From: Chloroflexia bacterium
GTDB lineage: Bacteria; Chloroflexota; Chloroflexia; DTKN01
NCBI GenBank assembly: GCA_036172265.1
Contig: JASFBA010000084.1
Coordinates: forward strand, 18,169-82,168
Direction of reading: 5' to 3'
DNA: 64,000 nt
Both the position numbers and the translations under genes were made by a program. Below are positions 28,009 to 42,036 of the stretch, piece after piece. Under the pieces are notes generated by a model. It had not been told where the DNA came from, made no database searches, and saw only the letters and a program-made list of their open reading frames with translations. Position 1 is the stretch's first letter. Every line of letters begins with the position of its first letter.

Positions 28009-29022
28009 CTACTCCTCCAGGCTTCTGAGCGCCAGGGCAATGGCCCCGACGACTACAGAGGCTTCGCCCAACGTCCCCTGGACGATCCGCACGGCGCTGC
28101 CGGGGACGGCCATCGCCAGGCGGGAGACCTCCTCCCGGAGCGGCTCCAGGAGGTCCTCGCCGGCCAGCCGGGCCACGATGCCTCCCAGGACGATCATCTC
28201 CGGGTTGAGGAGGTTCACCAGGTTGGAGACGGCGATGGCCAAGTAGTGGGCCGCCTCCGCAAGTGCCAGGCGGGAAGGGGCATGGCCCTGGCGGGCCGCC
28301 TCGACCACATCCTGGAAACGCAGCCCTCGCCCTTCTTCCTGCGCCCGGGCCTCCAGTGGGCCGGGGTCGTCGCGGGCCAGTTCGTGGGCCCGGGCAATGA
28401 GCGCCGGGGCCGAGACGAGGGCCTCCAGATGGCCCGGCCGGCCGCAACTGCACTCCGGCCCATCCTCCAGGACCAGGGTATGGCCGATCTCACCGGCCGT
28501 GGTGGTGGCTCCCCGGTAGAGTTGGCCCTCCACCACCATTCCCCCGCCGACGCCGCTGCTCAGGTGGATGTAGAAGAGGTTGCGTGCGCCGCGGCCGGCA
28601 CCATAGAGTGCCTCTCCCAGCGCCGTCACCCGGGCGTCGTTGTCCACCAGTGTGGCGGTAGAAAAGGCCTCCTCAAAGACCTGCCGCAACGGATAGTGTT
28701 CCCAGCCCGGCATCCGATGGGAGATAATGGTTACGCCCTGGTGCACATCCACCGGCCCCCCGAAGCCGATACCGATGCGCAGGAGTTGCTTCGGCTCCAG
28801 ACGGCTCTCCCGCAGAAGGGAACGGGCCATCCCCAAAGTGGACAACACCACCTGGGAGGCTTCCATCTCCCGCTCCAGCGGCTGCTGGAGCGTGCGTAGG
28901 AGTTTTCCCTGCCCATCGGCTAGGGCGACCTGCAAGCCGTATCCGCCGATGTCTATCCCCAGGAGGTATCCGCCTAACCCCAGCAGAGACCCGGTCCGTG
29001 GCTCAGAATGCGTCCGTGCCAA
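28009..29022 (-). CDS. ROK family sugar kinase (glucokinase-like)
   Basis: LGIDIGGYG..., ROK zinc motif CSCGRPGHLEA, GGGMV. Confidence 0.8.
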   Translation of the reverse strand: MARTHSEPRTGSLLGLGGYLLGIDIGGYGLQVALADGQGKLLRTLQQPLEREMEASQVVLSTLGMARSLLRESRLEPKQLLRIGIGFGGPVDVHQGVTIISHRMPGWEHYPLRQVFEEAFSTATLVDNDARVTALGEALYGAGRGARNLFYIHLSSGVGGGMVVEGQLYRGATTTAGEIGHTLVLEDGPECSCGRPGHLEALVSAPALIARAHELARDDPGPLEARAQEEGRGLRFQDVVEAARQGHAPSRLALAEAAHYLAIAVSNLVNLLNPEMIVLGGIVARLAGEDLLEPLREEVSRLAMAVPGSAVRIVQGTLGEASVVVGAIALALRSLEE

Positions 29023-29279
29023 CTCATCCTCCTCACTTTTCGTCTTTCTATCCTGATGTCATTCTACTACACTCCTCCCCCGTACGCAACAACGGGCATC
29101 GCTCATCATTCGGCAGGTCGGAATGTCAATCCGACCTACGGCTGGGGCTTTTGATATAAAAGCCGTGAGCAGGTTCAGAACCCGCCCTCACGGCGCCACG
29201 CGGTCTGTCAGGTAGGAGACCCAACCCAGGTCTCTCCGATATGTTGGAGCATTGAAAAGCCCTGCCTTACGGCCAGGGC

Positions 29280-29308
29280 TTGACAAAAAGGCCAAATCCG
29301 AGTATGCT
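29280..29308 (+). promoter_or_regulatory. sigma70-like promoter (TTGACA-17bp-TATGCT) upstream of cvpA
   Basis: TTGACA 29280-29285, 17-bp spacer, TATGCT 29303-29308. Several perfect hairpins lie upstream (29117-29192). Confidence 0.45.
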
Positions 29309-29334
29309 GGAGTAGCAAAAAGTGGAGGTAAACG

Positions 29335-29910
29335 ATGTCCTTTTTATACTTTATCCCCTGGCTGGACATCTTCCTGGCCCTTCTTTTCCTGGGCCTGGTG
29401 GTTCTGGGCTTCTGGCAGGGGATGCTCAAGGAGATCTGGCTTATCCTTTCCCTTTACCTGGGCACCATCGTGGCTTCCCTCTACGGGGACTATGTGGGAG
29501 GCCTGATACGGAAACAGGTCGGGAGCCAGGGGCCCGAGGCCGAACGCATCGCCAGCGCCTGGGGCTTTTTCATCGCCCTGATTCTCTCCACAGCCATCTT
29601 CTTCACCATCCTTTACCTCCTGGGCGGCCACCTGAAACTGCGGGCATCCTTGCTTGCCCTGGACAAGATCGGTGGGACTGCCCTGGGCCTGGTGAGCGCC
29701 TTTGCTATAACCGCCCTGAGCGCCTTCATCTTGAAAGCGCTTCTGGGGAGTGTCAGCGTGCCCGAATGGGCCTTTGTGGGCATGCTCCAGCGGCAGGCAC
29801 CGACCTCCCCCCTCCTCAACCTCTTCGATAGCACCCGCACGACCCTCCTTTCTACCTTCCGCTTCTGGCTGCCCGAACTGCCCGCCTTCCTGGCCCCGCC
29901 GGCCCCATAG
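29335..29910 (+). CDS. cvpA: CvpA family membrane protein
   Basis: 4-TM protein. The N-terminus (WLDIFLALLFLGLVVLGFWQG) matches the CvpA family. Confidence 0.7.
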   Translation: MSFLYFIPWLDIFLALLFLGLVVLGFWQGMLKEIWLILSLYLGTIVASLYGDYVGGLIRKQVGSQGPEAERIASAWGFFIALILSTAIFFTILYLLGGHLKLRASLLALDKIGGTALGLVSAFAITALSAFILKALLGSVSVPEWAFVGMLQRQAPTSPLLNLFDSTRTTLLSTFRFWLPELPAFLAPPAP

Positions 29911-29912
29911 CC

Positions 29913-32342
29913 ATGCACGAGCCTTCGCTTATCGCCCTGGAATATCCCAAAATCCTGGAACGGCTGGCCCGCCACACCTCCTTCTCCACCGGCCGCGAAA
30001 GGGCGCTCTCCCTCCGCCCCAGCGTAGATCTGGAGGAGGTCCGCCGCCGGCAGGCCGCCACCAGCGAGGCCGTCCGCCTGCTCCGGGCCGGTTCCCCCCT
30101 CGGCGTCGGCGGTGCCCGCGACGTCCGGCCGCTTGTGGAGAGGGCCGAGCGACAGGGGACTCTGGAAGCGCACCAGTTTCTGGACATCCTTTCCACCCTC
30201 CAGGCATCCGGCCAACTGCAGCGGGCCCTTCAGCGCCTGGATGGGACCTTCCCGATGCTGCGCAACCTGATTCCCGACCTCTACCCTCTGCCGGCCCTTC
30301 AGCAGGCCATCGCCCGCTGCATCGGCCCCCAGGGAGAGGTGCTCGACGGTGCCAGCCCCCGCCTGGGAGCCATCCGTGCCGAAATCCGCCTCCTCCAGAA
30401 CCGCCTCCAGGAGCGGATGCAAACTCTCCTCCAGCGCTACCGGTCCATCCTCCAGGAGCCCATCATCACCCAGCGCCAGGGCCGCTACGTGCTGGCGGTA
30501 CGGGCCGATAGCAAACGCCGGCTGCGCGGCCTGGTCCACGACCACTCCGCCAGCGGTGCCACCCTTTACATCGAGCCGCTGGAAGTGGTGGAGATGGGGA
30601 ACGAACTCCGGGAACTCCAACTGGCCGAGGAGGAAGAGGTCCGCCGCATCTTGACCGAACTCTCGGAACAAGTGGCCGGGGCGGGAGAAGCCATCCGCCG
30701 GACGGTGGAGACGCTGGCCGAGATGGACCTCATTTTAGCCCGGGCACGTTTCAGCCTGGAACTGGAAGCGGCCGAACCGGCCCTGGTCGTGCATCGGGAG
30801 GAACGTTACGACTTCCTGCCGCCGACCGAATCGGCCCCGGGAGAGTGGCCGGCCGCTTCTCCTCTGCCCTCCGGCGAACCGCCGCTCTTCCTGAAGCGGG
30901 CCCGCCACCCGCTTCTGAATCCGGCCACCGTCGTGCCGATCGACGTCTATGTCGGCGGGACTTTCCGCATCCTGGTCATCACCGGGCCGAACACCGGGGG
31001 CAAGACGGTGGCCCTGAAGACGGTAGGCCTCCTCAACCTCATGGCCCAGGCCGGGATGCACCTGCCGGTGGAAAGGGGCTCGCGCATCCCCCTAGTCAAC
31101 CAGGTCTTTGCCGATATCGGCGACGAACAATCCATCGAGCAGAACCTTTCCACCTTCTCCTCCCATATGACCCGCATCATCGAGGTGCTCCAGGGGGCCG
31201 GGGCCAACTCCCTGGTGTTGCTGGACGAACTGGGGGCAGGGACGGATCCGGTAGAGGGGTCGGCCCTGGCCCGGGCGCTCATCGAGGCGCTCCTGGAGCG
31301 GGGTTGCCTGACGCTGGTGACCACCCACCACTCCGAACTCAAGGCCTATGCCTACGCCACCCCCGGCGTGGAGAACGCCTGCGTGGAGTTCGACGTGGAG
31401 ACGCTTTCCCCTACCTACGTGCTGACCATCGGGTTACCCGGACGCTCCAACGCCCTGGCCATCGCCGGCCGGCTGGGGCTGAACCCGGCCATTATCGAGC
31501 GGGCACGTCGCTGGCTGCGTCCGGAAGACCTCCAGGTGGAAAGCCTCCTCCAGGAAATCCAGCGGCAGCGGGATGAGATGCGCGCCGCCCTGGAGGAAGC
31601 GGCTGCTGCCCGCGAGCACGCCCGCAACCTGGAAAAACGCCTGGAGCGGGAAATTTACGACCTGGAGCGCCGCCGGCACGAGATCCTTGCTCAGGCCCGG
31701 GCAGAGGCGGAAAAGGCCCTGGAGGAAGTGCGTGCCCGGGTGGAGGCGCTACAGCGCGAGATCGCCCGCGCCGGCCTCACCCGCGAGGAACTGGCCCAGG
31801 CCCGGAGACGCCTGGAGGAAGCGGAAGAGGCATTGCCGGAGGTTCCCCCTTTTCCGTCGGAGGAGGCTGTTCGGGAAGAAATTGGGACACAACCCCTGCG
31901 ACCCGGAGATGCCGTCTGGGTGGAAAGCCTGGGCACATCGGCCGAGGTGCTTTCCCCGCCCGATGCAGAGGGCCAGGTGGAACTCCTGGTGGGGCGCTTC
32001 AAGATGCGCCGGCCGATAGAGGACCTCCGCAGGACCGGCCGGCCGGAAATTCCCGCCCGGTCAGCCGTGCATCTGCCCACCCCACCCCGTTCCGTCCCCC
32101 TGGAACTGGAGATCCGCGGCTGGCGGGTCGCCGAGGCCGAGCAGACCTTGGACCGCTACCTGAACGATGCTTACCTTGCCGGCCTGCCCTTTGTCCGAAT
32201 CATCCACGGCAAAGGCACCGGAACGTTGCGCCGGGTGGTGCGGGAAATCCTGGCCTCCCATCCCCTGGTAGCCTCCTTCGAAGGTGCCCCCGAACGCGAC
32301 GGCGGCGAGGGGGTGACCATCGTCCGCCTGATCGCCCGCTAG
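29913..32342 (+). CDS. mutS2: endonuclease MutS2 (MutS domain V ATPase + C-terminal Smr domain)
   Basis: 809 aa. Walker A GPNTGGKTV, the MutS signature, and a C-terminal Smr (LELEIRGWRVAEA...IIHGKGTG). Confidence 0.9.
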   Translation: MHEPSLIALEYPKILERLARHTSFSTGRERALSLRPSVDLEEVRRRQAATSEAVRLLRAGSPLGVGGARDVRPLVERAERQGTLEAHQFLDILSTLQASGQLQRALQRLDGTFPMLRNLIPDLYPLPALQQAIARCIGPQGEVLDGASPRLGAIRAEIRLLQNRLQERMQTLLQRYRSILQEPIITQRQGRYVLAVRADSKRRLRGLVHDHSASGATLYIEPLEVVEMGNELRELQLAEEEEVRRILTELSEQVAGAGEAIRRTVETLAEMDLILARARFSLELEAAEPALVVHREERYDFLPPTESAPGEWPAASPLPSGEPPLFLKRARHPLLNPATVVPIDVYVGGTFRILVITGPNTGGKTVALKTVGLLNLMAQAGMHLPVERGSRIPLVNQVFADIGDEQSIEQNLSTFSSHMTRIIEVLQGAGANSLVLLDELGAGTDPVEGSALARALIEALLERGCLTLVTTHHSELKAYAYATPGVENACVEFDVETLSPTYVLTIGLPGRSNALAIAGRLGLNPAIIERARRWLRPEDLQVESLLQEIQRQRDEMRAALEEAAAAREHARNLEKRLEREIYDLERRRHEILAQARAEAEKALEEVRARVEALQREIARAGLTREELAQARRRLEEAEEALPEVPPFPSEEAVREEIGTQPLRPGDAVWVESLGTSAEVLSPPDAEGQVELLVGRFKMRRPIEDLRRTGRPEIPARSAVHLPTPPRSVPLELEIRGWRVAEAEQTLDRYLNDAYLAGLPFVRIIHGKGTGTLRRVVREILASHPLVASFEGAPERDGGEGVTIVRLIAR

Positions 32343-32349
32343 GCGAGCC

Positions 32350-33744
32350 TTATCGCACAGCCTGGGCGGCGCGCTCCTGTTCCGCTCGCTCCCGCATCTG
32401 CCGGCGCAGTACGGCAATATCCCGCGGCACCAGGAGAGTGGCGAAGATGAAGAAAAAGGCACACAGAACCCAGGCCGAGACGCAAATGAGGAGGATGGCG
32501 TTTTGCAGCGAGGATCTCACGGCGATCAGGCCGGCCAGGAGCGGCGCCGTCGCTGCCCCGGCCGACTCGATAAAGTACTGCACCGAAAGGGCCGTGCTTC
32601 GGACCTCCGGCAGGGTGATGTCGTAGATGGTGGAAACCACGTTGGGGGCGGCAAAGGGGATGAAGAATGCGGTCAGGCAGAGCATCACCAGGAAGACGGG
32701 CTTGATCCAGCCCGGCTCCGGGGGAACCGGATGGTCCAGGAAAAAGGCCCGCAGCCAGGAATCCTGGGCCTGCCGCTCCACCTGCCCTAGAAGGGCCGAC
32801 TCCGAAACAGGGATGGCCAGTACGGTAATGAGGAGGAGGATCGCTCCCACCAGCACGGCCACTGTGGGCACGATCAGCCGGCCTCGCGGCGTCCGGCGGA
32901 AAAGGCGATCTCCCAGCGCCCCGCCGACAAAATAACCCGAAGCCAGCACCAGCACCGCCGGGGCCATCGTCAGAAGCACGTCCTCGGGACCGTAGAAGCG
33001 TTCTGTCTCCAGGTAGCGGAAGAACCAGTAGGTGATGACCTGCCAGGGAAAGACGCCGAAAAAGCCCTGGATAAACATGAGGCGCAGCGTGGGCTTGCGA
33101 AACAGCCCCCGGGCCACCTTCCAGTCAAAGCGGTAGGTGCGAATCTGCTCCAGCCCCTCCATCTCCGGTTCGCTCCGGCCCCGGGCCGGCTCCCGGACCG
33201 CGAAGAAGATGGCCACGGCCAGGAGGATCCCCAGCGACCCGGTGAGGTAAAAGACGTTGCGCCAGCCGATCTTCGGAGCCAACATCGTGGCCACCACCGT
33301 TCCTCCCAGGTAGCCCAGCGGCATGGAAAGTTCCAGAAGGCCGATGATGCGGCCGCGCATCCGCGGCTCAAAGTAATCGGAGACCAGGCTGTAGAGGCCG
33401 GGGTAACTGGAGTCATCGATCCCCGTCGAGGCCCGGGTGGCGACAAAGGTCCCATAGGTCGGAGCCAGGGCGCTGAGCCAGGTGGTTGCGCCCCAGATAA
33501 AAGAGGCCAGGGCCAGGAGTTTGCTGCGCACAAAGCGGTCATAGAGGTAGCCCCAGAGGGGATAGCAGACCGCCCCGACGATCAGTGCTCCGGTAAAGAC
33601 GGCCCCCATCAGGTCTTCCTGGATGCCAAAGGTCTCCATAATGGGTGTGGTCAAGGGGCCGATCAGGAGTTTGTCCACCTGATGCAGGAACATGAAGACG
33701 AAGAAGAGGAGAACGACCACCCAGCGATAACGGGAAAGGACCAT
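32350..33744 (-). CDS. MFS transporter
   Basis: 12 predicted TM segments and MFS-type loops. Start at ATG 33744 with SD CAAGGAG. Confidence 0.8.
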   Translation of the reverse strand: MVLSRYRWVVVLLFFVFMFLHQVDKLLIGPLTTPIMETFGIQEDLMGAVFTGALIVGAVCYPLWGYLYDRFVRSKLLALASFIWGATTWLSALAPTYGTFVATRASTGIDDSSYPGLYSLVSDYFEPRMRGRIIGLLELSMPLGYLGGTVVATMLAPKIGWRNVFYLTGSLGILLAVAIFFAVREPARGRSEPEMEGLEQIRTYRFDWKVARGLFRKPTLRLMFIQGFFGVFPWQVITYWFFRYLETERFYGPEDVLLTMAPAVLVLASGYFVGGALGDRLFRRTPRGRLIVPTVAVLVGAILLLITVLAIPVSESALLGQVERQAQDSWLRAFFLDHPVPPEPGWIKPVFLVMLCLTAFFIPFAAPNVVSTIYDITLPEVRSTALSVQYFIESAGAATAPLLAGLIAVRSSLQNAILLICVSAWVLCAFFFIFATLLVPRDIAVLRRQMRERAEQERAAQAVR

Positions 33745-33775
33745 GGCACGCTCCTTGAAAACGTTTACTTTGCGC

Positions 33776-35857
<2,082 letters not shown>

Positions 35858-35876
35858 GCCGACCTCCCCTTTTATC

Positions 35877-37145
35877 TCAGTGTTCCAGGAGCGGCAGCGG
35901 GTCAATAAGGGCGCCGTTATGACGCACGGCAAAGTGCAGGTGCACCCCGGAGGCGTAGCCTCCCTTTCCGTAAGTGCGGCCCATCGAACCGATGCGCTGC
36001 CCTTTTTCCACCTTATCTCCCACCCCGACGAGGGGGCGTTCGGCCAGGTGGCCGTACTCGGTGCGGAAGCCGTTGCCGTGGTCAATGGCTACATACCATC
36101 CCAGGGAGCCCCATCCGGCCTCGACCACGGTGCCGGCAGCGGCCGCGTAAATCGGCGTACCCCAGCGGTTGGCGATGTCTATGCCCCGATGGTAGCCGCC
36201 GTAGGCCCGGCTCCAGCCGAAGGGAGCGGTGATGGTGCCCCAGGTGGGCCAGCGCAACTTTTCTCCGCCGGGCATCTGGACCAGAATCGGTTTCGGCCTT
36301 TCCCCTTTGGCCACGGGGTGCTTGGGTATTTCCACGACCCCTCCGGGCACAAAGATCTCCTGGCCAGGTTCCAGGTGGTAGGGGTAGCGGAGTCCATTCG
36401 GCGGATAGCCGACGATGTTTCCGGCCCGCACGCCGTACATGTTGGCGATCGACTCCAGCGTTTCCCCGGGCTGCACCAGGTGCGGTGCTCCGGAGAGGGG
36501 GGGGATGGTAAGCACCATGCCGGGGTGCAGGTCCTGCGGTGTGCGCAGTTTGTTGACCCAGAAGATGGTATAGGAGGCCACGCCGAAGCGTTCGGCCAGC
36601 GCCTCCAAGGAGTCTCCAGCAGCAACCGTATAGGTGATCACATCCTTCATCAGGGGCAGGCCCGCTTCCTTCTTGGGGGAAGCATCGGCCGGGTCGGGGG
36701 GATCGGAGTCCTCCGTCCGGGTGTTCCTCTGCACTACCGTCAGCGGACCGACGGCGAAGTCAAAGGCGCTTTCTGGGGGATGGACAGGTTGCCCATAGAG
36801 GGGGATGCGGCCGCCCTCGCTATCTTCTTGCGCGGAGGAATAGGCGACATAGGGGCCGAAACGGCCGACCAGGGTAGAGAGAAGGAGAAGGAGCACACCC
36901 AAAGTGGCCCAATGGCGAAGCGGAATGGACCATTTCCAGGAAGGAACGGAAATGGAAATTTTCGGAGCAACGACCGGGGGGACCTTCCCCAGCCGTTCCC
37001 ACAGGACGTCTCGAGCAGGCTCTTCCACCCCCGCTCGTCTTCTCAGCGCTTGACGTGCTTCCTCAATCGCTTCCCCAACCGGCCGTTTCTTTATCCTTGG
37101 CTCTCCGCTTTGCCCCTTGGGAGGTCGCAGAGAAGGATCTAACAT
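35877..37145 (-). CDS. peptidase M23 family protein with two LysM domains
   Basis: Two LysM motifs (YTVAAGDSLEALAERFGV; HLVQPGETLESIANMYGV). The M23 active-site region is HRGIDI...GHLA...H.H. Confidence 0.8.
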   Translation of the reverse strand: MLDPSLRPPKGQSGEPRIKKRPVGEAIEEARQALRRRAGVEEPARDVLWERLGKVPPVVAPKISISVPSWKWSIPLRHWATLGVLLLLLSTLVGRFGPYVAYSSAQEDSEGGRIPLYGQPVHPPESAFDFAVGPLTVVQRNTRTEDSDPPDPADASPKKEAGLPLMKDVITYTVAAGDSLEALAERFGVASYTIFWVNKLRTPQDLHPGMVLTIPPLSGAPHLVQPGETLESIANMYGVRAGNIVGYPPNGLRYPYHLEPGQEIFVPGGVVEIPKHPVAKGERPKPILVQMPGGEKLRWPTWGTITAPFGWSRAYGGYHRGIDIANRWGTPIYAAAAGTVVEAGWGSLGWYVAIDHGNGFRTEYGHLAERPLVGVGDKVEKGQRIGSMGRTYGKGGYASGVHLHFAVRHNGALIDPLPLLEH

Positions 37146-37238
37146 TTCCGCTCCTTACGCTGGCATTGGAGCAAATGGGATACTCAATATGACAATAGAT
37201 AGTATACTATACACTTTCCCCTCTGTCAAGTTGCATGC

Positions 37239-37268
37239 GGTGGGCGAAGGCAGTGCCTTCGCCTACCC
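37239..37268. repeat. REP-like palindromic repeat copy C (GGTgGGCGAAGGCA-g-TGCCTTCGCCTACCC)
   Basis: Near-perfect 14/15-bp inverted repeat just upstream of the pyrR promoter. Confidence 0.65.
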
Positions 37269-37293
37269 AGGCATCCTATAGATTTCTCTCCAG

Positions 37294-37322
37294 TTGCGCC
37301 GGCCGGCGGGTTCGGATATAAT
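37294..37322 (+). promoter_or_regulatory. sigma70-like promoter (TTGCGC-17bp-TATAAT) for pyrR–pyrB–pyrC
   Basis: TTGCGC 37294-37299, 17-bp spacer, TATAAT 37317-37322. Confidence 0.5.
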
Positions 37323-37350
37323 GGCGGCCGATGGTACGTCCTGGAGGTGA

Positions 37351-38857
<1,507 letters not shown>

Positions 38858-38858
<1 letters not shown>

Positions 38859-40312
38859 TGCGTTTGCTGATCAAGGATGGCTGCGTGATCGACCCTTCCC
38901 AGAACCTGGGGACGGTGGCCGATGTGCTGGTGATCGACGGCCGCATCGCCGAGGTCGCCACGGCCCTGAGCACGGCAACCATTGACCCCCGCATTCCGGG
39001 TACACAGGTCATTGATGCGGCCGGCTGCATCGTCGCGCCGGGCTTTGTAGACCTGCACTGCCATTTGCGCCAGCCGGGGGAAGAGGACAAGGAGACGATT
39101 GCCAGCGGCACCCAAGCGGCGGCCCGGGGCGGCTTCACCCTGCTCTGCGCCATGCCCAACACGACCCCGCCTCCGGACACGGCGGCCGGGGTGCGGCAGG
39201 TGCTGGAGATGGCCGCTCAGGAGGGGGTGGTGCGGGTCCTTCCCGTGGGGGCTTTGAGCAAAGGGCGGGCCGGCCGGGAACTCACCGAGATGGCCGAACT
39301 GGCCGAGGCCGGGGCGGTGGCCTTTTCCGATGACGGCGATCCGGTGGAGGACGGACAACTCATGCGCCACGCCCTGCTCTACAGCACCTTGGTCGGGCTG
39401 CCCATCCTGGCCCATTGCGAAGACCGCGCCCTGAGCCGGCAGGCCGATATGAACGAGGGGCCACTTTGCACCCTGCTGGGGCTGCGGCCCTATCCGGCGG
39501 CGGCGGAGGTGGCGGCGGTGGCCCGCGAGATCGCCCTGGCCGAACTGACCGGGGGCCGGCTGCACATCTGCCATGTGAGCACCGCCGGGGCGGTGGAACT
39601 CATCCGTCAGGCCAAGGCCCGGGGCGTCCGGGTGAGCGCCGAGACAACCCCGCACCACCTGGCGCTCACGGAGGCCTGGGTAGCGGGCTCCCTCTATCGA
39701 GCCGTCCCCCTTCCGGAAAGCGAGCCGCTCCTCATGCCGCCGGCCGATTTCCCGCCCTACCACCCCAACACCAAGGTCAACCCGCCGTTGCGCCGGCGGG
39801 CCGACCTGGAGGCCCTCTGGGAGGGCCTGCGCGATGGGACGATCGATGCCATTGCTACCGACCACGCCCCCCACACGTGGGTAGATAAGGAGTGCGAGTT
39901 TGCCCTGGCCCGCCCGGGTTTCTCCGGGCTGGAAACGGCGCTGTCGCTCCTCCTCGTCCTTTCTCACCAGAACCTGGTGGACCTTTCCACCGTGGTGGGG
40001 GCGCTCACCTGCAACCCGGCACGCCTGCTGGGGCTTCCCTACGGCACCCTTCAGGTGGGCCGGCCGGCCGACATCACCATCTTCGACCCGGAGGAGGAAT
40101 GGACCGTCCGGCCCGAGGACTTTGCCTCCCGGGGCAAAAACACCCCCCTGGCCGGCCTGACACTACGGGGCCGGGTGCGCTGGACCCTCCTGGAGGGGCG
40201 AACGGTCTGGGGCCCTCCCCCCATCCCCGGAGATCGGTACCAACCCCGACCTCAAGTCTCCCGCCTGGAGGGCCTCCTGGGGAAAACTGGGCTGCTTCCG
40301 CCCCGGGATTAG
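38858..40312 (+). CDS. pyrC: dihydroorotase (with ~50 aa C-terminal extension)
   Basis: MRLLIKDG..VDLHCHLRQPG.. metal-binding HxH and DHAPH motifs. TGATG overlap with pyrB. Confidence 0.85.
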
Positions 40313-40460
40313 CCGTCCCGGCTTTCCCTCCATCCCCCTTCTCTTCCGAAACAGGAAGGCGGCTGTTCCGCCGAGGTCGCCCGGTGCCCTCCTCGGGACC
40401 GCGCAGTGCCGCTCACGAATACACGATTCGTGCATTCGTATCCGCCCCCGGCATCAGCAC

Positions 40461-42036
40461 CTACGACGCACTCGAAAGCGCCGCCAGGACCAGAGCCAGG
40501 GCCTGACGGCCCGCTTCGTCCAGTCCCGACGATAGGCGCTCCAGATCGCGCTCCCCTTCCAGGATACGTTGCAGGGCCCGGGCCAGCGTTGTCCTATCCT
40601 CGGCCCGGGCCATCTGCTCCAGCGCCTCCCGGATAGGCCGGGCGGCCTCCCCCCGGATGTCCCCCCGCGCCACGGCCGCCACGCCCTGGAGGAGGGGAAG
40701 CATCCGGACCACCGCCGGAGGGAGCGAGACCGCTTCCACCGCCTGCCGGGCCTGCTCCGCCAGTTGCGGGAGGCCGATTCCGTCAAAGATTTCCGCCGCC
40801 TGCAGGAGGTAGGGGCGGGCCTCCTCCGTACGGCCCAGTTCCCGCAGGACCAGGCCGAAGTTATACAGGTCGGCGGCGACATCGTAGCGACTGCCGATTT
40901 CTTCATGCCGGCGAACGGCCTCCTGGAGCAACCGCCGGGCCTCCTCATCCCGGCCCTCCTTCAGCGCCAGGCGGCTCAGGGAGGCCAGGGTATTGGCCTC
41001 CCCCAGCCGGGAGCCTACGGCCCGATAGAGCCCCAGCGCCGCCTCATAGGAGGCCAGCGCCGCATCCATTTCCTTCCGAAAACTCTGCACGTCCCCGATG
41101 GCCTTCCGGGTGTTGGCCTCTCCCCAGCCGGTCGCCTACGGCCCGATAGAGCCCCAGCGCCGCCTCGTAGGAGGCCAGCGCCGCATCGTATTCATCCAGG
41201 TAGTACAGCGTAAGCCCCAGGGAGTGGAAAATGTGGGCTCGCTCGGTCTCCTGACGCCCCTCCGTCTCCACAATGGCCAGGGCCTGTTCCAGTTCCCGCC
41301 GGGATTCCTGCCAGAGATTCTCTTGCCGGAGCAGGTCCCCCAGTTCCCGGTGGAGACGGGCCGCCAGGATAGTATGACCCGCTCCTACTCTTGCCATGTC
41401 CCCCAGGAGTTGACGGAGTAAACCCATGCGGGCCTGGCGGTCTTCCGGAGTTCCCGCAGGAATGCTCGTCTCAGCCACTTTTTGCGAAACTTTCAGCAGC
41501 CACGGGGCAAAGAGACGGAACACAAAGACCTGGCGGCGAAAGGCCCAGAAGTCCGGGGCCAACTGGTGAACCCGTCTCTCTGTGTCATAGGGGAACCATA
41601 GGACCATCGGATAGGGAAGACGGCCTAAAACTTCCCGCCGGTAGTTCAGATAGCGGGCAACGGTGTCCACCGTTTCCGGGTCAATGATCAGAAAAACCGC
41701 ATCACCTCCCACCCCTTCTTCAGAAGCCAACCGGGGCAGAAAGTCCTGAGAGGCCTGGTTGATCTTGAAAACCCGTATTCTCCAATCCGGGAGGCGCGCG
41801 GCCACTTCAGCGATCAGGCGATCGCGCAGGAGGGGGGAATCGTAAAAGGCCAGGAAGAGAGCAGGGTGCCCGCGCAGGGAACCCAGTGCGACACAAAGCC
41901 GCTCCAGTTCCTGAAAGCCTTCCTCATCCAGGGCGAGGGGTTCGGCCAGCAACCCCGTGAGCGGCACAGGCCAGGAAGGGACCTCTTCCAGGGTTGCTAC
42001 AGGAGAGATTTCACGATCGGATGAACGTCCCACCAC
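40461..42036 (-). pseudogene. TPR-repeat protein gene split by a +1 frameshift (ORFs 41044..42036 and 40461..41090), with an internal ~120-bp tandem duplication
   Basis: Removing one T in the homopolymer at ~41121 (ggcctcTcccc) joins ...AVGDRLGEANT.. to ..QSFRKEMDAALASYEA of the downstream ORF. TPR motifs occur throughout. Confidence 0.5.
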
